From Monocercomonoides exilis PA203 (Eukaryota; Protista; Preaxostyla), in the NCBI GenBank assembly GCA_001643675.2, contig LSRY02000021.1:992001-1056000 (forward strand): 64,000 bases of DNA, given 5' to 3'. Made by a program: the position numbers and the translations under genes. Below the pieces are notes generated by a model. The model searched no databases. It was not told the DNA's origin and saw only the letters and a program-made list of their open reading frames with translations. Below are positions 25,019 to 35,661 of this stretch, one piece after another. The number at the start of each line of letters is the position of its first letter. Position 1 is the first letter of the stretch.

Positions 25019-26149
25019 CCATTTCTACATCGTTTGGCATGGTTCTTCCTCGCTTCTACATATTACAACATCAAATTCACTGTTAGAGTTAAATAAATCA
25101 AATTCAAACAATTCCTTTTTTAATGGTAAAAAAAACCAAACTTTTATTTAGTACATGTTTTTATTTCTCAATATTGAGCTATTTTGTGTAAGTAATGTTT
25201 AATTTTGCAACATTGATTTATTTAAGCATGCTATGATCGAGCCTAATACAAAAAAATATTAATATTCCAAAAAACAAGAAAAAATTCGTATGAAAATAGC
25301 TAAACAAATATTTATTTGATGAAAAAAACTATATAAAACCTTTTGCGTTCCATTGCTACCAATTTTGAAATTTTAGTCTTTCAGCTTAACAACATGGAAG
25401 TGAAAATGCATGCGTTTGTGTCACTGATAATAAAAGCTGTTTTCAATATAAAACAAGTACGCATATAATAATATACTTATATTAACATATAAAAGTGAAC
25501 GAATTACATACTTTTAGGTTCTATTTAAACCAAAACAACATATTCAACATTTTATATAATAAATAATTTACTTGTGGGTTAGATCAAAGATATTTAATTA
25601 AATTTTTTATTTATGATTTATATTTTTTGTGATAAAATTAACAAATAAAATAAGTGTATATAATAATGTAAACACTTTTGATTCGTAAAAATCACATTTT
25701 CTTTTAAATTTGAATATTTTTCAATGAAATTCATGTTTTTATGGGTCATTTTTCAAAAATCATTTTTTTCAACAAGAAAAATTTTTTTCGAAAAATCGGT
25801 CCATAAAAAGTTTTTAAATAATTATTATCTATTAATTTGTTATAATTTGAGGGTTTAAAAAGGCAAATTGCAAAATGAACGCGTTTGAACCTATGCCGAT
25901 TTCCCATTCGCATTTATCTTCTTCAAACCTTATTGCTCCTATTATATTGATGCACTGGTCAAAACTTTGTAAAAATGGTGTCTAACAGCATTTAAACAGC
26001 AGTCTGTGTAAAAATCAAATTTAATTGCTCGCATGCAACTTGTCCCTCAGTCCCTGATTAGATGCTACAATTACAATATTCAAACTTTTTGGAACTTGCT
26101 TTCAAAGTCAAGGACAATTTAGTTATCTTTGCTGAGTGGAGACAATGCC

Positions 26150-26743
26150 TCATCCGACGCCAAGCATCCATTTTCTCACTTTTCTCTTCTCTTCTCTCTC
26201 CTCCAAAATAGCCTCTCCCAAATAAACGTGATGCTCATCATCCCGCAGAGCTGTATTATCCCTTCCACCACCGGCTTCCCCACAATACACTCGTGTTCTG
26301 AACACAGATTCACCACAGCCTCCACCACCGTCATCATCACCAGATAGTCCCGCCAGCTCCCATAAGCACTCTCATCAACCAGCCTCAAAAACCTCAAATG
26401 CAGCGATTTCACATCCAGAATCTGCTCTTCCTATTTTCTCCAAATCAATTGTGGTGCCCTTTTCCTTTTACTCCTCATTCATTACTACACATTTCATTGA
26501 TATTTGCTCCTGTTTCACATCTTTCCCCCTCCATCTGAATTTCAGTCTGAAGTGATGCCCAAATACAAATTTCCTTCTTCTTCTTCTGATTTCCTGTTCT
26601 CCTGTCGAATGCCATCTGCTGGAGAAGAATTGCTCACTTCAGGTTCCACTGAATACTTTTTGCCTGCGCTCGCCTCAGTCTCTGTCCTCGCATTCACAAA
26701 CCTCAACCGACTCATTCCAAGCGCCTCCACGACCAGCGGCGTC
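26150..26743 (-). pseudogene. Distal fragments of the IQCH-like pseudogene interrupted by the element at 26744
   Basis: Joining 30740 onward to 26735 downward restores LEEAMAPLVVEALGMSRLRFVNA. Region 26176-26430 looks like a paralogous piece. Confidence 0.5.
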
Positions 26744-29700
26744 GGCATAGGTGTAAATTGTACCACTTTCAGTTTACATTTTTTCAAGATTTGAATATTA
26801 TGGCGTTAATTTATCCAATTTAACTAAGCGATTCAAGGAGGGAAATTTCGAAATTCGACAAAAAATTTTCTCTCTGAAATTCAAAAATTTCGACACCCAT
26901 AATATTTTTATTTTGATCATATTTTATTGAAATTTCTTTTTCTTGCTTTGCAAAGATCAAATAAATTTGTCGATTCAATGGAGCAAGAAGAAATATAGCG
27001 TTTAATGTTTGTCATGGTAAATTTTCGTAAATATTATTTTTTATATAGCTTATTTTTATCGATTTGATAATTTAATTATATACTAGTATTAGCTAAATAA
27101 TAAGTTTTCACTTTCAAGATAAAATAGATAACAACTTATATGAAAGGAATTATCATGATTGATTTAAAAAATATTTGTAATAATAAGATTTTTATATGTG
27201 TTTAATAATTATTGATATATATTCTATTATTGGCAATGTATTCGTTGGAACTGGGATGAATTTCTGTTTATGAAAGGATGAAGGAAAAGCTAGATTGGGC
27301 AGATGTATTTGTTGAGTGAGGTTAAGGAGCAGTTGGCATTTGGAAAGGTGAGAAAAGAAGATAGAGATGGAGAACATTGGGATGGTGTGGAGCTTGTTGC
27401 AACAAGAGAGGGAAGATGAAGGAATGGGAGCATTTGATTGATATTATGCAATGATTTGGATGTTGCGGGATGTCTTCGAAAATTCACAAAAAAAGTCATG
27501 ATTTTTTGTGGATAACCTTTTAATTCTATATTATATATTTTTTTATAATCCACATTGTTGTTTTCTTTTTCATTCCATCTTCTTTTTCGTTCGTTGCTGT
27601 TTGCGGTTTGTTATTGTTTGATCAAATTTTTATCTCTGTTTTTTACTGAGTTTTCACAAAAAGCTCAATTATAACGATTCATCCATGTTTTATTTTAACT
27701 TTGCAAAGCTACTAACGTTGCCCAATACAATTATTAAAGACATTAGTGCGAATTAGTGAAAACTTGCACAAATAAAAAACAATTAATTCAATTATTCACC
27801 TTTTTCAAAGTTTTATTAATTAAAGATAAAAAAATTGCAATAAAGAAATTAGGAATTCAAATGATTCGGAAAAAAAATTTCAAAGCTGGTTCTGAAAATT
27901 GCTTCTGCCTGGATCAGGAATTATGTACCACTCTATCTGCAGTGTGTGATTCGATATTTGTGGTGCAGAGTTCGAATTTATTTTTTTTTCCCCTTTAATA
28001 GCAATTATTAGAAACTGTGGTGGAGATGGTACAAATAGCAAATCCAAGATTGGATTCTCTCCTTCAGATCTGGGATTTACCGTTATTTCAACCGGCAAAA
28101 ATATTTCGATTCCAACAGACATCCAAACACATTTGTCGACAAACATACTATTGCGTTGTCGATGAAGAAGAAAGAGAATTCATCCCAATCACACTTGCAT
28201 TTCTTCCTTTCCCCATAATTGAAATCTTCTTTTCCCCAACACGAATCGTTGTTCCTTCGCTCACATGCCTCCCAACCAGTCTTGTGATTGCCGAGCCCGG
28301 CTGTTTAATGCTCGAACTCACCGCATGCCCCACGGTCTTGCACGGTGCTGACTCACTCATCCCACACAGGTTGTTTGCATCATTCCCACTCACTCCAACA
28401 TACCGATCCTTCATCCCTTCCTTCAACCAGCCCTTCTTTTCTGTATATTGACAATTATAATAACGGCACACTCTCGTATCATTGCTGTTCGTTGTGTACG
28501 ATTCATAGAACGGGCTAGCCGATGAAAAGAAATTGTAATTATCTTCAAAATACACATCACGGACATATAGAGTGGAATTTATGCAACTTCAATCGTAGAA
28601 GAAGAGAAAATAACATTAATTGAAGTCAATTGAAGCTGTTTGTTGGTCTGAATAAAAATATAATATTCCGCCATATGATACAGCTGAACATGAAATGAAC
28701 TGGAGGCTCCTCATTTTGAATTTTTCAGTAACAGTTACACAATACGTCCCTCCACCATTATAATTTGTGAGCGTATGCGAAGTGAATGAGCACTCAAACA
28801 CGCACGCACTCTCCCCTCCTTCAATTTCTGTTCCAATGCATCCTGTTCCTGAAACCTGAAAATTATCAAGATCAAGCCCTCATCCATATCCATTTGCTTT
28901 GCAATTCTGGAATTCACATCCGCTGATTTGAACACATAATGAAATCGCATAAACACACATTCCTCCACCAAATTGATTTTGAGCAATACAAGAATTATAA
29001 AAGTTGTTTCTGATGTCCACAGATTTGATTGTATGTGCCATGATGGCTCCTCCATCCCAACTTGCGTAACAGTCATTGAATGCACAATGCGAAACGAACA
29101 TTTCTCCAGACTTAAGATTATGCATATAAATCGCACCGCCATTCGAACCGCTGTCAGAACCGTCTTGAACATTTCCAGTAGCCTTTGAACCACTCCATTC
29201 ACACCAAGTGAACGTATTCGCTATATTTTCTGTCATGCTTTGTCTCTCTGGGCGTTTCTTATTGTCTTCAGTTCCTTCACATACAACATTCCTTGTCCGA
29301 CAACACCCAACAAACGAGGAATTTGAGGTGGTCAAAGAGGTCAAGGGGTTGCTGAGTGAAGGAACAATCCCTCCATCATAAACCTCACAAACAGAAGTGA
29401 ATGAGCAACTGCTCATAAAACATGTGGTTTGGGTTGACATAGTGGCTGAAGACGAGCACAGATCAGGTGCTGTTGAGATGTTGAAAAATGTCAGTTGAGA
29501 AAGGGATATAAGATGGATGGAAGGTGAAGCGAAATATTGGCAAAAAGATGAGAAATAAAATTCATTCACAGAAGTTCTTCCTTTCCCTTCACTTATTTGC
29601 CACATGATCCTTTGTGCTATATCGTAAAATATCCCATTGAGCTTGAATTCACCTTTTTCTGCCTCTTCTGCTGCTGCTTCCAAAAAGATTTTTGTAAATA

Positions 29701-30739
29701 AAAAATTCCACAAAAATTCCTTTTCCCATTCTCTTCAGTTTTTTCCATTTCGCTCATCTGCCAAACACTCTTCAGTTGCCCATTTCTCCCAATTTCTTCC
29801 AGGAATGCTCATAAAAAAAGGCAGTGCTTCCACATCCCATGTTTCATGCTCCCCCGGCACTTCTGACAACACCTGATCGTATCACGCATCAATCAAATCA
29901 AAAATTAAAAAATACAAATAAAAATAAAAAATGGAACATGAAGAAAATGAACAAACAAGAATGAAATACCTCCACAATTCTTCATTTCCCTTCACTCCCC
30001 TCATCCCCTGTTTGCCTCTCTCCAAATACCTCTCGATCCAACATCATTCACTTCAAGCACCACACCACACCACGCCTTCGCCTTTCAAATCTAATTCCGA
30101 ATAAAGTAAAATAAAATGTTGTTTTCACCCGCTCTTCCATTGCCCATTCTACTTCACTCTCAGCATTCTTCTCTCCATCTTCCTCCATCCAGCCCTCAAT
30201 CCAAATTAATGCAGTTGGATTCCGATCTTCATTTTGTCGCAAACCTTTTTTGTGCAGTTGAATTTAAAAGGGATAAAAAACAGCATCAAAAAAAAGTTAA
30301 TAAGCAATAAAAAATAATTAGCATACGCAGCATATGTTTTCTTCCGTTTTTGCTTCGATGGAGTTATTGAATCATAACACTTTATTTTTTTAAAAAAGGT
30401 GGCATTGCGTATTTATTGAATTTATCGAAATAAGCTATATAAAAAATAATATTTACGAAAATTTACCATGACAAACATTAAACGCTATATTTCTTCTTGC
30501 TCCATTGAATCGACAAATTTATTTGATCTTTGCAAAGCAAGAAAAAGAAATTTCAATAAAATATGATCAAAATAAAAATATTATGGGTGTCGAAATTTTT
30601 GAATTTCAGAGAGAAAATTTTTTGTCGAATTTCGAAATTTCCCTCCTTGAATCGCTTAGTTAAATTGGATAAATTAACGCCATAATATTCAAATCTTGAA
30701 AAAATGTAAACTGAAAGTGGTACAATTTACACCTATGCC
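26744..30739. mobile_element. Non-autonomous cargo-carrying Merlin element ('Pack-Merlin'), 3996 bp
   Basis: 312-bp TIRs (26744-27055 and 30428-30739) start ggcataggtgta. The 8-bp TSD is gcggcgtc/gcggcgcc (26736-26743; 30740-30747). No transposase inside. Confidence 0.92.
28148..29713 (-). pseudogene. N-terminal-region fragment of the Cys-rich receptor family (cargo)
   Basis: ORFs 28880-29713, 28616-28801 and 28148-28555 carry SCSFTSVCEVYDGGIV, FTWCEW, NGGAIY and CGMSESAPC; they are frameshifted relative to each other. Confidence 0.75.
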
Positions 30740-31580
30740 GCGGCGCCATCGCTTCTTCCAGCTTCCCCTGGTTCTCTTTGATTCTCTCCACAAACTATTT
30801 GTGCGCTGTCGGATGCCTGCCTTTCTCCTCATTCCCATCACCTCCCTCTTTTCTTCCCCTTTCTCCTTCCTCTACTTCTTCTCGCTCCTCCAGCACAGCC
30901 AGTGCAATCGCTGCAGGCGATAAAACCACATCCTACATCTTCAGCCCCACAGCATCCAACCCATTATCCACAATCTCCCCCACTTCACACACAGCAACCC
31001 CTCGCCCCATCACTTCCTCGTCCAGCTTCACCACCACACGCCTCGACTGTTGCGATCGCCATATTTGCAGCAACGGGTCAAACAGATCGTAGATCGACGG
31101 GAACGCATTCTCATCTGCCGCTGCAAAGATCCGCTTGCTTCCCGACTTCGTGCCCACGTACGCTGCAAGCAAAGGAAGCTGCACCACCAGTGGAACCGAA
31201 AGCATCACCGAAAGTGCCACATCGTACGCACACACAACACCACCCATATGGAATCCCCCACAGAGTCACAACATGTCCCCACATTGTCTTTTGCTCTCTC
31301 AATAACAACAAATTGTGATTTGCAAACACTTCAGCTGCTTTTTATGCAACAATCTTCAACCACCTCTTGACATTGTCCATGGCTGATGCTGAAGTGAATA
31401 AAGCCGCCACCTCCGAGGAATCCGAAAGGCCAATCATAGGTGTCGATGATGAAGATGAAGATGAATTATCTTCTCCTGACGACTTCTTCTCTAATCTGTT
31501 GCGTTGCACAAACAGCGATGAAGCATACGAAGAACTCAAAAAGTGATGAGTGAAGAGATATCTGTTGTTCTTCTCCATAT
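30740..31580 (-). pseudogene. IQCH-like (IQ motif containing H, ATP-grasp-like region) gene fragment
   Basis: TKSGSKRIFAAA...IYDLF...VVKLDEEVMGRGVAVC resembles the IQCH motifs STKSGSKRIF and FKxDxEFGGRG, recalled from memory rather than searched. Confidence 0.6.
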
Positions 31581-31956
31581 TTCAAGAAGCTTTTTGAGAT
31601 GAGCTATTATTTCGAAAACCGGCTCAGCATCAACAAAAAGCTAATTGTCAGTCCAAAATTTGAAACAGAAATTTCAAACTTATCCAATGATAGGCAGTTT
31701 GTGCTGCTGGAACAATAGATGAAGAATAAACACAGGCAAAGAAAGCGGAAATAGATCAGAAGGTGCTTTTTTAAATGTTTCGAACAGACTGAAGAGCGAA
31801 AAGCCGAAGGGCATCTGAATCTCAGAAAGTAGAAAAGTTGAATGGAAAAGTGATGGAAACTGTGTGTTTGCGGAAGAATATCTAGGAAACTAACTTCTGA
31901 AACTTTTCAAATGTGCCAAAAATGGTGAAAAAGCGGAAGAAGACATAGAAAAAAGG

Positions 31957-32058
31957 ATGATGATGATGATGATGATGATGACGACGACGACGACGAAGAC
32001 GACGACGAAGAAGAAGAAGAAGAAGAAGAAGAAGAAGAAGAAAAAGAAGAAGAAGAAA
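31957..32058. repeat. Compound trinucleotide repeat (GAT)n(GAC)n(GAA)n
   Basis: Read directly; would encode poly-D/poly-E on the + strand. Confidence 0.9.
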
Positions 32059-32116
32059 AAGGCAGACAATTTATTGAAGAATTGAAAATTTCCGTTTTAT
32101 TCGAATCGAAGATCTG

Positions 32117-33115
32117 GGGTAATTTATAAACCCGAACATTTTCATAAACCCGGTTATTTTTTTTGTTCGTTGAAACAGAATGAATACAACATAAAAATAC
32201 AAAAAGCAAACTTTTATATGTTTATTTTACTATTTAATGAAAGAACTAAAATTTTTTTGTTTCAATTTTTGTTTTTGACGAAGATCAAAGGAATTTTGAA
32301 TTAATTTTTGATCATTTGTTTTGCTCATTTTTAACCAACTCTCATTTTTTATTTGTTTTTAATTACAAGGTCATAAAACATACATAATGAAGTTTTTTCA
32401 TTCGAAATGTTTTATGTTTTTATCTATTTTTTCTATTGTTTTTCTCATTTCATCATTTTTGACAAAAATCATGAAAAACTGAAAATTTCTTATCTATTGT
32501 TGTATTTCACGATTAATATTTCAACATGCCATGTAAAAAGATTAAAATACATAACATATTTCATTTGTTTGTCAAATTAAATTGAAACAAAAATGAAATG
32601 AACAATTAAGTGATAATCAAAAACTGATTGATCCAACTGTTGCAACAATACTTCACAAAGTTGTAACCAAATAAAGACTTCGTGAAAGTATTTTCCTTTT
32701 CATGCACATCATTAAAAATATCTCATAAATGTCGTATCATCCAAAATTTTCAGTTTTTCATGATTTTTGTCAAAAATGATGAAATGCGAAAAACAATAGA
32801 AAAAATAGATAAAAACATAAAACATTTCGAATGAAAAAACTTCATTATGTATGTTTTATGACCTTGTAATTAAAAACAAATAAAAAATGAGAGTTGGTTA
32901 AAAATGAGCAAAACAAATGATCAAAAATTAATTCAAAATTCCTTTGATCTTCGTCAAAAACAAAAATTGAAACAAAAAAATTTTAGTTCTTTCATTAAAT
33001 AGTAAAATAAACATATAAAAGTTTGCTTTTTGTATTTTTATGTTGTATTCATTCTGTTTCAACGAACAAAAAAAATAACCGGGTTTATGAAAATGTTCGG
33101 GTTTATAAATTACCC
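32117..33115. mobile_element. 999-bp foldback MITE with 372-bp TIRs and GGG termini
   Basis: Runs gggtaatttataaacccg ... cgggtttataaattaccc. Arms 32117-32488 and 32744-33115 are nearly identical. No clear TSD. Confidence 0.88.
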
Positions 33116-33394
33116 TAGAGAGTGGAGCGAATGATATCATATGTTGTGAATTGGTTCATTTGATCAGAAGAGAGCAAAAGAAGATGTTTCATTCAGCTCA
33201 AAAATGGAAAGATTTAGCTGTCACGCTCGTCTTAATATTCACATAAGCTTCTATGTTTGTAACTTGCTACTAAATAATCGAACCTTGTTTTAACCAATGA
33301 AACAGATACTTGAAAAGATGATCAATGAAGAATAAAGTATCTTACTTGTTTTCGAAACATCTTTGAAAAGAATTAACTGTAAATATAATAATTG

Positions 33395-33395
<1 letters not shown>

Positions 33396-33439
<44 letters not shown>
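33396..33439. repeat. poly(T) tract, about 44 nt
   Basis: Read directly. Confidence 0.95.
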
Positions 33440-34494
33440 CGTTAAACTGAAAAAATAATATGGGATATTGTGAAATGATCAACAAATTTGGGGAGAAATT
33501 TTCATTTTCAGACAATCGTTCCACCCACAATATAAGATTTTTCCATATTTTGTTTTCGTAAAGAAAATTTATTTTTATTAATTTTATTTATAATTATTTT
33601 TTTTTTAATCTTAGTTTTTATTTTTATTTTTCATTTTAGAATAATTATTGCCATATCCCAATTCACTTTTATATCAACAAAATCTCAATTAACAAATGAA
33701 AGTCTACCTGGGAGGTCATATCTGAACCCAAATCCTGCAAGTTTTCATGATTTATAATAAAATCATAAAAACAGGACGGATATGACCTTGCCCTCAATAA
33801 TTTTTCATATTACATTGGGTAAGCTTAGACTTTCATTTATTTATTATTTGATTATTTTTTTTGCTGAAATTTTAATTTAAAATATTATTGAAATAAAAAA
33901 CATTAGAAGATAATGACATCCTTGGAGAAATCAATTCTTCTTCAGAGCTGCTAAAATTTTGTTGAAAAAGAATAGGTGAATTAACAGAAAAAAACGACAT
34001 ACCTGAATTGTCAGTTGATGAATTTGAATTAAAAATATTTCTTGAATGAAAATTGTTATATGAAAAAGAGTTATTTGAATTGGAAGAAAAAGAATTATTA
34101 CTTAAAGAATTATTAAAACACATGTTTTGTTCATCAATATTATTTTTATCATTTATCAAAGATAATCTTTCTTTAATCATTTTTCTCACTCCTTTTCCAA
34201 TCATTCCTCGATTACCTCCAGCAATGTCAATCTTCGAAGTTCTATTGAAATATTTTCTATCCTTTTTATCTTTTCTAACCCTTTCTGCGAATGAAAGTTG
34301 AAGGCATTTCGATGTTATCATATTACTTAAAGGAGATCCATAGAGTTTTTCATTTTCCTTGAAAAAATGAAAATATTTTTTCATTCCTTTCACGGCTAAT
34401 TCTCCCCACATGAAACAGTTTCCAGGCTGATATCTGAACAAACACATGAATTCAAACGATTCAAATGAAATAACACACTGATAATCAGAAAATT

Positions 34495-35661
34495 TTAGAA
34501 AAAAACATGAATGACAGACTTTAAGAAATAATGCCTTGTTGAATTATTTACGTCGAGGGAGTTATCTTCAGATATCGCATTGCTTTGATCATTCTCTCTG
34601 AACGGTGTTCTTGTTTGTAGAACATGTGAATTTGTTGAACAAGGAAGATATATTGTTGAAGAATCATCCTCATCTCCAAATAAATATGAGTTGCATTTGC
34701 CACAGAAAAAATCGATCAAGTCATAAATTGTTATCAATTCACGATTTCCAAGATGATTATTCAATAAGTTTGTCAGAAATCCGAATTCGCTATCGCACTC
34801 ATTCTTGACGTGGTGCTCTGCAAAAAATGAGTGCGAACATCTTTTCCCCGCAAACAACGGTGATGCCGAATAAAATATGTAATGCATAACACGAGCGTTG
34901 CGAAAGTGAGGTCCATTGTCGCTGAAGAAATGAAAAGAATTCACATTAAAAAAAATATCACAACGAGGCAATTTATTCAAACATTCACAAACGAATTTAT
35001 AATCATGCGTTAAAACATCAGAAAAAAAATTAAACACTTTTTTTTTTAAATAACAATTATTATCAATACTAAATACTACAAAGCACAAATGAGAAATATG
35101 CTTTTTCTCATAAAAATTTTGTCCAGTTTCGCGATTTGTAATCGGCAAGCTCCAGTTTTCCTTAAAATCCATAAGGATCATAGCTTCACATCTTTTCAGA
35201 TTATCTTTCATACAGTGAAAATACTCTCGTTGATTTTCTGCCATTTTTTTGTGCTCTTGGATAAGATTCAGCTCATTCTCTTCAGATTCATATAATCTCA
35301 TCGATTTCTTCTCCATCTCAATCATTTTTCTCTTTAAATACTCTCCCTTCTCGCAGACCTCACAAAGATCTGTTCTTCTCTTTGTTTTTCTGAAATTCCT
35401 TGTTTTTCGACAGAAAGTTAAATATGACATTTTCAGTCCAGTCTCTTGTAATAATTGACGATGCAGCTCTTTCTTCGTTTTTTCAATGATTCGTTTTTCT
35501 CCTATAGAGAAAATCTTTTCATTTTTAAAACTACTAGAGCTATTTGTACTTCCATTCTGTGTTCTGGACTCATTCAGTGCTTCTTTATGAATAACAGCAT
35601 TTGCATTTGATGACGCTTCTTGGCTAATCTGGATTTTATCTCCTTTTTTTTCATTTTTCAT
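34495..35661 (-). CDS. Sola-like (Sola2-type) DDD transposase core; ORFs 36436-36621, 35985-36395 and 33872-34447 are probably further exons or fragments
   Basis: KRRTDLCEVC followed by the acidic triad MDFKENW / FSDNGPHFRN / FFAEHHVKNECDSEFG. The usual HHGK reads HHVK here. Confidence 0.75.
   Translation of the reverse strand: MKNEKKGDKIQISQEASSNANAVIHKEALNESRTQNGSTNSSSSFKNEKIFSIGEKRIIEKTKKELHRQLLQETGLKMSYLTFCRKTRNFRKTKRRTDLCEVCEKGEYLKRKMIEMEKKSMRLYESEENELNLIQEHKKMAENQREYFHCMKDNLKRCEAMILMDFKENWSLPITNRETGQNFYEKKHISHLCFVVFSIDNNCYLKKKVFNFFSDVLTHDYKFVCECLNKLPRCDIFFNVNSFHFFSDNGPHFRNARVMHYIFYSASPLFAGKRCSHSFFAEHHVKNECDSEFGFLTNLLNNHLGNRELITIYDLIDFFCGKCNSYLFGDEDDSSTIYLPCSTNSHVLQTRTPFRENDQSNAISEDNSLDVNNSTRHYFLKSVIHVFF

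Larger units (their letters stand above)
5450..25897. mobile_element. Giant composite Merlin foldback element (20.4 kb) with 7.1-kb inverted arms
   Basis: Starts ggcataggttcaaacgcg and ends cgcgtttgaacctatgcc. Paired coordinates sum to 31347 across the arms. It contains Merlin transposases. There is no TSD (flanks gaatggag vs gatttccc). Confidence 0.8.
18795..25897 (-). repeat. Right arm of 7.1-kb inverted repeat
   Basis: Mirror of 5450-12552. Identity stops after ...ggatgaaattca, followed by about 70 bp of diverged paralogous sequence. Confidence 0.97.

Noticed and set aside
5442-25905. TSD flanking the 20.4-kb structure
   Set aside because: The flanks gaatggag and gatttccc do not match, so transposition as a single unit at this site is not demonstrated.
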